DNA of 64,000 nucleotides from a virus. Each line of letters starts with the position of its first letter. Positions within the stretch are counted from its first letter, which is position 1. The notes under the pieces were generated by a model. That model ran no database searches. It worked only from the letters and a program-made list of their open reading frames with translations, and had not been told where the DNA came from. The position numbers and the translations under genes are program-made. The DNA lies in IMG/VR virus record IMGVR_UViG_3300027797_000016, positions 32,001-96,000 of that record; one strand, given 5' to 3'. Shown piece by piece: positions 48,901-57,061 of the stretch.

Positions 48901-51740
48901 TAATAAACACCATCTTGTTCTCCTGCAATATATTTCTGTGCTTCTTCACTTCTGTAGATGAAATAAGTATTATTAAATTTCTTTCTTCTAAAATGTGGTA
49001 GTGATGTAGATCTATTTGTTGTATCACTTGTAAATGTGCCTGGATTTGTGGTTAATGAGAAACTAAATTGCTTAGTATTAGCAACTGCAGTCACAGTAAA
49101 GGTTCCATTAAATCCAAGATTTGCAGTACCTAAAGTATTATTAGTACTTATAATATTCAGTATCTCAACTTGAGAACCAATTGTAAGATTATGTGATAGT
49201 TCAGTTGTAATAGTTGCTGTGTTAGAACTCCAGATAGCATTTGCAATGAACTTAAAGTTTCTCTGCTCATTCACATTAGTAATAGATCCAGAACCAAAGT
49301 AAGTTTGGATTTCACTATTTGTTGCACCAATTGTTGTGTTACTTTCCTGAATAATAAATCCATCACTTGGCGGTCTTGCGGTTGCACCAGAGTCTGATGG
49401 GAGAACATAACGAACACGATAGATTGTATCTACTGCATTACGATCATCAGTGAGACGATTAAAGAATGTTCTTGGAGTTGCATCACCAAGAACAGAAGAT
49501 CCAAGACTTACAATCGTTGAGTAAATGGTGTTATTAGATGTTGCAACTTTAATGTACCATTGACCTTGAGTATCATCAAACTGAATTGGATGTCCAATGT
49601 CTCCAGGATTCTTATCACTAACACGACTTGCAACAGTTAGAGTTCCACCCTTTGCATTAATAATGAGTGGTGTTGCACCGATTGCATCATTCTGGGTTTT
49701 GGCAATCTTGATTTGATTTGTTCCAATTCCTGACGTAATCGCATAATAAACTGTATTAGGAGTCATTCCATCAGGAAGTTGACCTGTATCACCAATCACA
49801 CGAATACTTTCACCATTTGCAAAAGTATGTGCAGTTGTAAGAGTGAGTGTATTGCTTGTAATGCTATTGACTCCTACACTTCTTCCTACAAAAAACTCTT
49901 TCTCACTAGAAGTTTGAGAATCAGGCATTACGATTCTTGCACTATATTCAACGGGAGTTCCTCCAGATGAAATAAGTACTTTGAGAGTATCATTTTCTCT
50001 TGCACCAATACGATATCCTTCGAAAACATTTTCTGGTGGAACATCTGGATTAGTTTGTGCATAAAGATATAGATGTCCTGTGGATGCAACACCAACAGTT
50101 GCATTTACATCAATCGCATTAAACTCAATAGAGGTTTCGGTTTTTGAGAATTCTTTTGGTGGAATGATGTGTGTAATATATCCTTGGTCATCTTGTGGAA
50201 ATGCAGTTCTTCTAAATCCCGATGCAACTAGTGCCTTTGCACCAAAGTTTGAGTTGGAGTTGGTGATAGACATATCTCCACCACTCTCAACCACAAAATG
50301 CTCTGCATAACCAATCGCAAATACTGATACGTTTTGAATGAATGCATCATTAGTTGCTTTAATATGGAAGTTACGATATTCTGGTTTAAAGATTGACCTG
50401 GAGTTTGTACTGATAGTCTCATTTCCAGAAACAGTGCTATCTTGATAAACACCAGAATCATTATCATAAAGTACAAAAGCATTATCATCTTTTTGCAGTC
50501 CAATACCAGTGAATTGAGCAACCACCATCGATTTAAATCCAGTTGCTTTATTACCATCCGCGAGCAATCCACACATACCAAAGACAGAACGCAGAGTTAT
50601 GTTAAAGATATATGGTGATGCAGAAGTTACAGTATCTGACTGAAGTGTTAAAGAAGATCCAGTAACTGAAGGAAGAGCAAGTGATGGTGCATTTTGTACT
50701 TGATAGGTAAGTTCTGTATCACTCAACTTTTCAGCAACAACAAATTGTCCATTATATCCAGGTGCAGTAATTCCTCCGATTCTAAATGGAGTATCAACAT
50801 CTAAACCAGGAACTGCAGTGGTCGTTGTAACTGTGATGATTTTAGAAGGTACTACACCATTTCCAGCACGAATACTTGAGATTCCTGCAGATTCTCCTAT
50901 GGATCCTACAATACGGAACTCATCAATCTTTGGTTGAATATCAATACCAGAACTTGGATAATCAGGTGAAATTTCACGACCTGATGATTGTCCATATGCA
51001 AGTCCAACTTTCTCATAATACATCTCAAGATCTGTGCGATCTGTGGAGTATGTTTGGAAAGGATCAGAAATATTTACATCGTTTACACCATCAGCATACT
51101 CAAAACACGCTAACTTATGATGTGAGAAGTTAGGAACAAATGTGTTGCTAGTGTAATCAATATAACAGGTTCCATTAGGATCTGCATCAAACATTGAGAA
51201 CTGCCAGAGATAGCAAGCACCAGTGACCCGGAATATTGCAGAACGTTCAATATTGTTATTGGTTGGGTTTGGAACATACAGAGGTCTTATTTTCGTCTTT
51301 CTTAAATCAAGACCAACAATAGAAGTTCCTCTTGGAATAATGACCCCACCATTAATACTATTCAGTTTGTAAAGTTGATTATTTGGGTCTACTAAATTAA
51401 AACTAGTGGTGAGGTCAAATGGTGGAAAGTCATTACTTGTAGATCCATTACGAAGTCTATAGTTATTAGAACCATCAGGAATCCATCCTGGACGATTATC
51501 TACGATATGATCGCCAGGATATAGAAGAATTGTCGTTTTTGCGAATCTATCGTTATTCAGTCCTTGCTGATACGAAAATCTCGCAGATTCTATCAAAGAA
51601 CGTTGAATAGTTTTAAATGGACGAGTTAATGAACTCCCTTGATTTTCAATAGAGTCAGTTGCATCAAGACTATTGGGATCTACATATATGATATTTCCAC
51701 GAACAGATTTCAAAAAATTATTTAATCTTGAAAGACCCAT
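45948..51740 (-). CDS. giant virion structural protein (1930 aa)
   Basis: MGLSRLNNFLK...PFKTIQR start typical of cyanomyophage structural proteins; fibre-like C-terminus. Confidence 0.8.
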   Translation of the reverse strand: MGLSRLNNFLKSVRGNIIYVDPNSLDATDSIENQGSSLTRPFKTIQRSLIESARFSYQQGLNNDRFAKTTILLYPGDHIVDNRPGWIPDGSNNYRLRNGSTSNDFPPFDLTTSFNLVDPNNQLYKLNSINGGVIIPRGTSIVGLDLRKTKIRPLYVPNPTNNNIERSAIFRVTGACYLWQFSMFDADPNGTCYIDYTSNTFVPNFSHHKLACFEYADGVNDVNISDPFQTYSTDRTDLEMYYEKVGLAYGQSSGREISPDYPSSGIDIQPKIDEFRIVGSIGESAGISSIRAGNGVVPSKIITVTTTTAVPGLDVDTPFRIGGITAPGYNGQFVVAEKLSDTELTYQVQNAPSLALPSVTGSSLTLQSDTVTSASPYIFNITLRSVFGMCGLLADGNKATGFKSMVVAQFTGIGLQKDDNAFVLYDNDSGVYQDSTVSGNETISTNSRSIFKPEYRNFHIKATNDAFIQNVSVFAIGYAEHFVVESGGDMSITNSNSNFGAKALVASGFRRTAFPQDDQGYITHIIPPKEFSKTETSIEFNAIDVNATVGVASTGHLYLYAQTNPDVPPENVFEGYRIGARENDTLKVLISSGGTPVEYSARIVMPDSQTSSEKEFFVGRSVGVNSITSNTLTLTTAHTFANGESIRVIGDTGQLPDGMTPNTVYYAITSGIGTNQIKIAKTQNDAIGATPLIINAKGGTLTVASRVSDKNPGDIGHPIQFDDTQGQWYIKVATSNNTIYSTIVSLGSSVLGDATPRTFFNRLTDDRNAVDTIYRVRYVLPSDSGATARPPSDGFIIQESNTTIGATNSEIQTYFGSGSITNVNEQRNFKFIANAIWSSNTATITTELSHNLTIGSQVEILNIISTNNTLGTANLGFNGTFTVTAVANTKQFSFSLTTNPGTFTSDTTNRSTSLPHFRRKKFNNTYFIYRSEEAQKYIAGEQDGVYYLTLVNASNAPSVAPFTNEKFSQPVKELFPQINRDNPEADPEETKCFASSSLIGEVVVNDVRNSLTKETINKVFNDSDIGIGLTDIRSVSSTSHNVFTSLDHGLNRITRVSISNAGTGYGSGTPGDYYNASLVGIGTSTVGQQATAKVTVDGSGSITNVKIMDGGSAYGIGNTLTVTGIGSYGGFSGAVLTVTQIYNNVGDVVSISGVTSTSYQDYNNLYRITNVGSATSFTAVSASAVSGISTTVGPVFTSNAITYLTGEAIRISSLTYNNVIGIATITTINAHGLKVDNKISITGANEALYTGQFVVTENLSLNSFIVNIGVSTSAPAATGTLLAYREGFTSNEGVITRENENLNGRMVPTYAGITTTLSALIPDALIDEVNLLNVSNLDINIGDYLVIDDEIVRVKSNVPSTPTNPIKVFRGVLGTRAVNHAIGSVVRRIRVEPIELRRHSIMRASGHTFEYVGYGPGNYSTAFPDKQDRQISLQEELLAQSTKKDGGVNFYTGMNDKGISYSGNKRLSSITGQEDIFDTPIQTVTGEDIGGLPGLNVISPVEGNFSRSIRVEGGPDSKAISEFNGPVVLRGKVTSTSTDGLEANSLFLQGDEIVSRKYTVGITEPTLSGNPGDIVYLNNPEKGGYVGWIYTLDNEWYRFGNVSISKTANIGIFDAIGIATNNPGTSKLLVGSGTTQVSIDGNGGVGIGTTANQYKLHVIGGTNIVGTLTATYFVGDGSRLFGVTVPAAGWTQISGGIYNTALNNVGIGTSVPRFKLEVGAVGAGGTSLWVNNTARFNNTLSANNVIITGIITASSFNFSGGTGTINLGIVTTATLVVGSGGTAITTVGPNVGIGTTVPRTKLDVEGTLRIKTSREAVKTLSIASNVVTVDLSRAQNFLLSATDKVNSFTITNPPGEVSSFTIKITQTAAFGVGINTFTTGDGPPITVNWPGGGVIPIVTPTAGRSDIYSYKTFDGGSSWYGVVVGQNFLN

Positions 51741-51769
51741 TTTTATTACTACTATAAGTTCCTTATCAT

Positions 51770-52561
51770 TTATTTATCGTCCTTATTTCTTGGTCTTCTT
51801 GTTGCTTTCCATCCTTTATAATTATCTTGCTTTCCATTTACGACTTCATATACAAACTTAGAAAATAAATTATTTTCTTTGCAAAATTTTAAAGCATTAA
51901 TAGTTTTAAATATTTCACCATCAGGAGAAATAAAAGTATAAACATACTTACATTTTGAATCACTTAACTTTTCTTTAGTTTCAATAGTGTGATTTTTATT
52001 ATAAAAAGGATTTTTTTCTCCCGTTATATCTCTTCCACCATTTTCCCAAAATTTTTTATGCGACACACTTATTTTATTTTTATGCTCCTCTTCTTTTTTA
52101 ATTCCTTTCATTTTTTTGGAAAATTTTTCAATATGTTCTTTTGATTTTGGTGGTTTTGATTTACCCTTTAAAGATTTTGATATATTTTCTCTTCTTTCTA
52201 TACTAAATTTAATTCCTGTTTTTAATTCACTCATTCTTTTTTTACAATTTTCATATAAAACTGAGGTATATCTTACTTGAGTTTTATTTTTTGCACTCAT
52301 ACTACAGAATGCCTGATTCATTTTAATAGTTTTATAATGCTTTAATCCATACCTTTTGATACAAATCTTTTCCAATAATGCGTGAGCAATATAATGTTCT
52401 CTTGCGGCCAAATAGACAATTCTTTTATTATTTCCATATATGCTTTTAGGAAATGTATGATGTCCCTCAACATACACTCCTTTCTCCTTTGCTTTCTTTT
52501 TAGTGTAATTTCTTTGTTCTGCTTTTCTTATGAGGTTACAATAAACCTTTAGATAATTCAT
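51770..52561 (-). CDS. HNH-like homing endonuclease with NUMOD-type C-terminus
   Basis: EGHHxxP...VYLxxREHYIAHxLL; SKEHIEK, HTIETKEKLS. Confidence 0.8.
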   Translation of the reverse strand: MNYLKVYCNLIRKAEQRNYTKKKAKEKGVYVEGHHTFPKSIYGNNKRIVYLAAREHYIAHALLEKICIKRYGLKHYKTIKMNQAFCSMSAKNKTQVRYTSVLYENCKKRMSELKTGIKFSIERRENISKSLKGKSKPPKSKEHIEKFSKKMKGIKKEEEHKNKISVSHKKFWENGGRDITGEKNPFYNKNHTIETKEKLSDSKCKYVYTFISPDGEIFKTINALKFCKENNLFSKFVYEVVNGKQDNYKGWKATRRPRNKDDK

Positions 52562-52666
52562 ACTGCTCTTAAAACTGACTAGCAATATTATTTATACTAA
52601 AAAGGAGGAGATTTTAGTCTCCTCCAACCTCAAAGATGCTAGTCAGTTAAGGCATTTTTATTTATT
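52562..52666 (-). promoter_or_regulatory. HEG leader cassette D
   Basis: CTTAACTGACTAGCA vs leader TGCTAGTCAGTTTTAAG; GGAGGAGA...TCTCCTCC-TTTTT; TAAATA and TATAAATA. Confidence 0.75.
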
Positions 52667-53290
52667 ACTCTTCCACTTATGATCTTTCCATTTTAGTCTT
52701 TTTTCTAATTCTTTATCAAAGATTAGCATATATCTATGTTTCCTGGTTCTCTCTCTCCACTCGCCTTTAAGACTCCTTGTAGGACCTCTTGAGTGCTTTA
52801 TATAGGATCCATCAGGTTGTTCAATCCAGAAGTCACTCTTAGGATCGGTCGTCCCAAAATACCGGAAATTAGTTGCACGATAAATGACTCCTGTATGGTG
52901 ATTAGCATCAGCATAGCTAAGAATACAACGAACATTTGCATCTTTACGAAACCTCTTGATACAACGACTTACGAACCAGGATGTGATATTATATTCTTCT
53001 TTTTGGACATCTGGATGAACACAAAGTCTTGAGAGTTCATAGAGACCTTCCTGTTCATTTCTTTGTAGTCCAAATGCACCTACGGCAAGCTCTGGAACTG
53101 GGAAAGAAGTAAAAACGCAAGCAGCAATAGGGCTGCCAATTCTAAGGACATCTGTGAAAGATTTTCTATAGAGTGCATAGTTATAGTGACTTTTAAAAGT
53201 TTTACTCTCATCCTTAAGATAATGATATGTTAAAAGGAGTGGTTCAAGTTCTTTTTTTGTCACTCTTTCTATATAGAAGTCACTTTTCAT
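52658..53290 (-). CDS. Mom-family (GNAT-fold) DNA adenine modification protein
   Basis: HYL...ELSRL...SWFVSR...LSYAD...HxGxIYxATNF. Confidence 0.75.
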   Translation of the reverse strand: MKSDFYIERVTKKELEPLLLTYHYLKDESKTFKSHYNYALYRKSFTDVLRIGSPIAACVFTSFPVPELAVGAFGLQRNEQEGLYELSRLCVHPDVQKEEYNITSWFVSRCIKRFRKDANVRCILSYADANHHTGVIYRATNFRYFGTTDPKSDFWIEQPDGSYIKHSRGPTRSLKGEWRERTRKHRYMLIFDKELEKRLKWKDHKWKSNK

Positions 53291-53308
53291 AATAATAAGT
53301 ATTTGTAA

Positions 53309-53842
53309 TTATTTACTAACACGATTATATGATTTTCCATAAAATGGATTATTTTCTCCAGTAATATCTCTTCCACAATCTTTCCAATATTTTTTGGCAG
53401 CTTTTCTCATTTTATTTTTAGTTTCCTCACTATGCGGTTTTCTTTTTCTATTCTTAGAAGAAAGTTTCATTTTTTCTATTGTTTCTGGTGAATGTTTTTT
53501 ACCATAAAATGGATTTTTACTGCCAGGTTTTGAAATTTTTTTCTTAGTATCTTCATTATGCGAATATCCAGATATTCCATCACCACCGTTAGTCATATTA
53601 CGAAGAATACCAGTTCTCAAATCTTTTCTACCAAAAATAGAAATCATATAAACTTCGTGTTTATTTGCCTCTTCTTCTGTAATATTTTTCTTTAAGAAGA
53701 TAATTTTATTATTGTCTTTTGGTTTTAAGTTTGTTTTATTTTGTCTAATATGACTTTTATAAACTCTCCTTCCTCTACCTTTACCAATATAATAGGGAGT
53801 TCCGTCTTTACGCAAATATGCGTAAGTGTAATATTCGTTCAT
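53309..53842 (-). CDS. GIY-YIG homing endonuclease with NUMOD3-type repeats
   Basis: YYTYAYLR...YYIGKG...NMTNGGDG; HSEETKNKM. Confidence 0.88.
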   Translation of the reverse strand: MNEYYTYAYLRKDGTPYYIGKGRGRRVYKSHIRQNKTNLKPKDNNKIIFLKKNITEEEANKHEVYMISIFGRKDLRTGILRNMTNGGDGISGYSHNEDTKKKISKPGSKNPFYGKKHSPETIEKMKLSSKNRKRKPHSEETKNKMRKAAKKYWKDCGRDITGENNPFYGKSYNRVSK

Positions 53843-53940
53843 TGTGTCTTGGTGTTGACTATTAATATTTATAACATAAAAGTGGGACTTATACAACTAT
53901 ATCCACCAAGACACAAGTTGCTGCCCATTTTACTTAATTA
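53843..53940 (-). promoter_or_regulatory. HEG leader cassette E (variant)
   Basis: TTGTGTCTTGGTG perfectly complementary to CACCAAGACACAA ending at the A of the ATG; TATAAATA at 53866-53873. Confidence 0.65.
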
Positions 53941-53942
53941 TG

Positions 53943-54101
53943 TTATGATTTGCTGATAAGGTACTCAACAGTATTTGCTACATCATTCATAGCATCACGA
54001 AGATTTTCTCTTTGACCTGATTCCATATCAAAAGTAACGGGATCTGTAAGAGTCCATCTCCACTGATTCATATCTTTATTGAACCATAGGTTAATTATCA
54101 T
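53943..54101 (-). CDS. small hypothetical protein (52 aa)
   Basis: INLWFNKDMNQWRWTL...AMNDVANTVEY. Confidence 0.6.
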   Translation of the reverse strand: MIINLWFNKDMNQWRWTLTDPVTFDMESGQRENLRDAMNDVANTVEYLISKS

Positions 54102-54253
54102 TATGATTTTTTATATTTTTCTAATTTGATCCAATTTAGGAGTGCATTTAGTTCTCCTCGTTTTGATTCAGTCATATCTTGACCTTTACTGAAGAGATAG
54201 AAATCAATTGCTTCAATAGTGAGATTACGATCTTTTTGTGAAATTAGAGACAT
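54101..54253 (-). CDS. small hypothetical protein (50 aa)
   Basis: MSLISQKDR...LLNWIKLE. Confidence 0.6.
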   Translation of the reverse strand: MSLISQKDRNLTIEAIDFYLFSKGQDMTESKRGELNALLNWIKLEKYKKS

Positions 54254-54275
54254 ATTAAAGTTTTTAAGAAACTTA

Positions 54276-54347
54276 AGCCCCCGATCTGATTTGAACAGAC
54301 GGCCGACGGTTTACAAAACCGTTGCTCTACCACTGAGCTACAAGGGC
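54276..54347 (-). tRNA. trnT: tRNA-Thr(UGU)
   Basis: GCCCTTGTAGCTCAGTGGTAGAGCAACGGTTTTGTAAACCGT...GTTCAAATC...GGGGCT cloverleaf. Confidence 0.95.
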
Positions 54348-54356
54348 AACAAAAGA

Positions 54357-54385
54357 ATTATAGATTATTTAGAGCATTTTGTCAA
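54357..54385 (-). promoter_or_regulatory. consensus sigma70 promoter TTGACA-N17-TATAAT for tRNA-Thr, with TAAATA in the spacer
   Basis: read directly. Confidence 0.85.
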
Positions 54386-54647
54386 GGACTTCAGGATTCT
54401 CAAGATCCATTTCGAATAAACAAGGATGTGCCTCCTCATCAATTAAGTAGAATGATTTTTGATAGAAAAATTCTGGATCATATGTTAGATGCTCATTTGC
54501 TTTTTGGATGATCTCTGGATCATCTTGCATAATAATTGGTATTTCATCAAAAGTAAATGCAATACCATTAATATAATAAGTTAGAATAATAAACTTATCG
54601 TCTTCTGTCTCATACCAATTATAAGAAGTTGTGATCTTATATTTCAT
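54369..54647 (-). CDS. hypothetical protein
   Basis: YYINGIAFTFDE...YLIDEEAHP. Confidence 0.7.
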   Translation of the reverse strand: MKYKITTSYNWYETEDDKFIILTYYINGIAFTFDEIPIIMQDDPEIIQKANEHLTYDPEFFYQKSFYLIDEEAHPCLFEMDLENPEVLDKML

Positions 54648-54658
54648 TGGTTTTTTTA

Positions 54659-55387
54659 TTATTTATTGATCCATTTGCGAATAGAATTATCACTAACACC
54701 ATATTTTTTACCTACAGCAAGATAAGAACTTTCTTTTACTTCTTGTAATAATTGTTCTTTAGAAGGTCTTTCAACTTTTCTTTGAGATTTTGAATAACAA
54801 CTATTACAAAGACCCGTTTTGCAGTTTGTTTTTAATTCAACCTCACACGAAGAACATTTATGAATTTTTTTGGTTCGTATTATTTGAATTTTATTTTTTA
54901 TTGTTTGTGAGTTTTTATTTTTCTTATTTTTACCACGATATGTTGGTGTTTTAGCGTGGCAGTTGGGACATAATATTTTTAGATTTTCTAACATATTGTT
55001 ATAATGGTCTCCATCAATATGATCTAATTCTAAAGGTATTGGTTCTCCTAACCATTCACTCAACTCACAACATTCGCATCTATGATTCTTTAATCCCTCT
55101 ATAATTAATCTTTTTCGCAATTTGTTAGAATTGTACTCATAATTCTTAACAAGTATTTCGCTTAATGGAGTTGTATTAAACTTGTGAGTTTTCCCCTTTA
55201 GATGTCCTTGACCTGTAAAATGTGAAGTGTCTATTCCATAAAGTTTTTCAAATTTTTTAAATACTCTATAGTTTCCACCTCTTGGAGATAATCCAAGTTT
55301 TGTAAGTGCTTGTGCTATAGAAAAACTTTCTTCTACTGCTTTTTTAAAGTCTTCTATAGAATATGAATGTTTCATACTGATAAACAT
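54659..55387 (-). CDS. free-standing HNH endonuclease with C-terminal HTH (alternative start 55375)
   Basis: CECC...LELDHIDGDHYNNxLENLxILCPNCH; AVGKKYGVSDNSIRKW. Confidence 0.9.
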   Translation of the reverse strand: MFISMKHSYSIEDFKKAVEESFSIAQALTKLGLSPRGGNYRVFKKFEKLYGIDTSHFTGQGHLKGKTHKFNTTPLSEILVKNYEYNSNKLRKRLIIEGLKNHRCECCELSEWLGEPIPLELDHIDGDHYNNMLENLKILCPNCHAKTPTYRGKNKKNKNSQTIKNKIQIIRTKKIHKCSSCEVELKTNCKTGLCNSCYSKSQRKVERPSKEQLLQEVKESSYLAVGKKYGVSDNSIRKWINK

Positions 55388-55418
55388 ATTGTATAGTTAT
55401 TTATATAAGTTTATCAGT
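55376..55418 (-). promoter_or_regulatory. start-sequestering hairpin with late promoter TATAAATA in its loop
   Basis: ACTGATAAAC...GTTTATCAGT-ATG, 10-bp inverted repeat. Confidence 0.7.
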
Positions 55419-55422
55419 TCAA

Positions 55423-55775
55423 TAGGAGCGGGGGGACTTGAACCCCCACGGTCTAAGACCAGCGGATTTTACTTACCACTATAGTTTTCACTACCCTTTC
55501 GGTTTGTGGTCTGGACTATGCCTTCACCATTTACTAAAAGTAATTAGGTGGGTGATTATAGTCTCTACACGTTTTGTATTCTTTCAGATAATTCAAACCC
55601 TCTCTGAAACCACATTGGGTAGCGGTTGTCTTTCCAACTGTCATACAACTTCGCTCGGCGTTGGCATCAGCATTACCCGTTAAGCGTTCACCGAATTTAC
55701 ACCTTACTACTTACTCGTTTCCAAATAAGCGACCCATTTTGAGTCCGATGCGGCTACCAATTACGCCACACTCCC
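55423..55775 (-). tRNA. trnL: tRNA-Leu(UAA), exons 55742-55775 and 55423-55471
   Basis: acceptor GGGAGTG/CGCTCCT-A, long variable arm GGTC-TTA-GACC, T arm GGGGG-TTCAAGT-CCCCC; spliced loop CU|UAA AA. Confidence 0.9.
55472..55741 (-). ncRNA. ORF-less group I intron, 270 nt
   Basis: P AAATTCGGTGAA, Q AACGCCGAGC, R GTAGAGACTA, S AAGGCATAGTCC; P1 U.G at splice site; terminal G. Confidence 0.9.
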
Positions 55776-55784
55776 GATAAGACA

Positions 55785-55813
55785 ATCATAAGACCTCTGC
55801 CTCAGATTGTCAA
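55785..55813 (-). promoter_or_regulatory. sigma70 promoter TTGACA-N17-TATGAT for tRNA-Leu
   Basis: read directly. Confidence 0.8.
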
Positions 55814-55818
55814 GTGTA

Positions 55819-56025
55819 TCATCCCAAATAAGTTGCGGGATGATACTTCAAGTACTCACGAAAAGTCAACTTCATTTCCTTTCCACTCATCCCACAGTTT
55901 TTTGCTGCTGCAGGAAGGTTCATTTTAGAATAAAATAATGCTTCATTTGATTCCTTTACATTTTCTGGTGTTGTTTTCACTGGTTCATCTTTCAGTGACT
56001 TAAGATTAATGCGATAAGGATTCAT
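55819..56025 (-). CDS. hypothetical protein
   Basis: KTTPENVKE...MNLPAAAKNCGM. Confidence 0.7.
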   Translation of the reverse strand: MNPYRINLKSLKDEPVKTTPENVKESNEALFYSKMNLPAAAKNCGMSGKEMKLTFREYLKYHPATYLG

Positions 56026-56080
56026 AAGAAGGTATTGTGTGTAAAATTTTACCGGAGATTTTTACCCCCAAAAATGGAAC

Positions 56081-56263
56081 TTAAAGTGGATTTGCATATG
56101 AGAGAGTGTTCTCATCAACAGTAGCACGAACGAAGTCTAGCACATTCATAAATTCTTGAACAGTCTCACAGAATACTTGCTTCTCATTACCATCACTGGA
56201 ATAGAGGTACACAGTACGCTTGAGAGGGTCAACCACACATCGGGTCAGGAACTCGTCTTGCAT
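56081..56263 (-). CDS. hypothetical protein
   Basis: own promoter TTGACA-N17-TATGAT at 56289-56317. Confidence 0.7.
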   Translation of the reverse strand: MQDEFLTRCVVDPLKRTVYLYSSDGNEKQVFCETVQEFMNVLDFVRATVDENTLSYANPL

Positions 56264-56391
56264 TCGGTTTGTTTTTGATTACCTTGTTATCATAGCAGGT
56301 CCTTGGTCGGTTGTCAAGAGGTGTGAGATCAGCAAACCTTATGACTCTATTGAGACAACAATTATAGTACTGACATCCATTTTAATTTTTT

Positions 56392-57060
56392 CTATAATGA
56401 TAACCAAAGACTTGGATGAGGCATAGACTGATGATGTAAATTATATTCTGGTTTTAAGCACAGTTTTACATCACCAGCAATTACATACCTATTCTTTAGA
56501 TTTTCCTTTTTTAATGTTGAATGCATAAGATTACTAGGAAATATAATTGCTGTTCCTTCAGTAGGAGTAATTGTATAATTTCCACAATTATACTTGTTAA
56601 ACTTTTTGATTAGATTATACTTATTACTTGGTTCAAAAATATTTCCAGAAACCTCATTTACATTATTTAAATTATGAACACAGAACTTATCTGAAGTATC
56701 GTCAGAAGACAGATAATAACAAAAAGAAATATCTGATCCATTGTGTATATGAGGTTTGAGTTGAGGAATATCTTTATTGTGATATCCAACCCAAGATTTT
56801 ACAAAGTTAATATTCAGTTTTTCATAATCTATTTCTAATAAATCAAGATAATTACATATACATTTTTTTAATGATTGGAAAAGACTGGTATAATTTTTAT
56901 TCAAATGCAACGAACACCTTCCGGAATTTTCTGGTGTTTCATTTTCATATCCATTAAACCACAAAGATTTTAATTCTTCAAAATATTGATTCTTAAATTC
57001 TTCATGCATTTCTATAGTATCTTGAGCAACTAATATAGGAAAAACCTCATGAACCTTCAT
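56392..57060 (-). CDS. putative 2OG-Fe(II) oxygenase
   Basis: SW...HIH...SFCYY...IFPSxLxH...R. Confidence 0.8.
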   Translation of the reverse strand: MKVHEVFPILVAQDTIEMHEEFKNQYFEELKSLWFNGYENETPENSGRCSLHLNKNYTSLFQSLKKCICNYLDLLEIDYEKLNINFVKSWVGYHNKDIPQLKPHIHNGSDISFCYYLSSDDTSDKFCVHNLNNVNEVSGNIFEPSNKYNLIKKFNKYNCGNYTITPTEGTAIIFPSNLMHSTLKKENLKNRYVIAGDVKLCLKPEYNLHHQSMPHPSLWLSL

Positions 57061-57061
57061 A

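Noticed and set aside
30785-50310. Long plus-strand V/P/T-rich ORFs opposite fibre genes
   Set aside because: Antisense shadows of biased G/T/S/V codon usage
55730-55748. Unspliced CT-CAA-AA read as tRNA-Leu(CAA)
   Set aside because: P1 wobble and terminal G place the splice sites to give UAA; the CAA belongs to the intron 5' end
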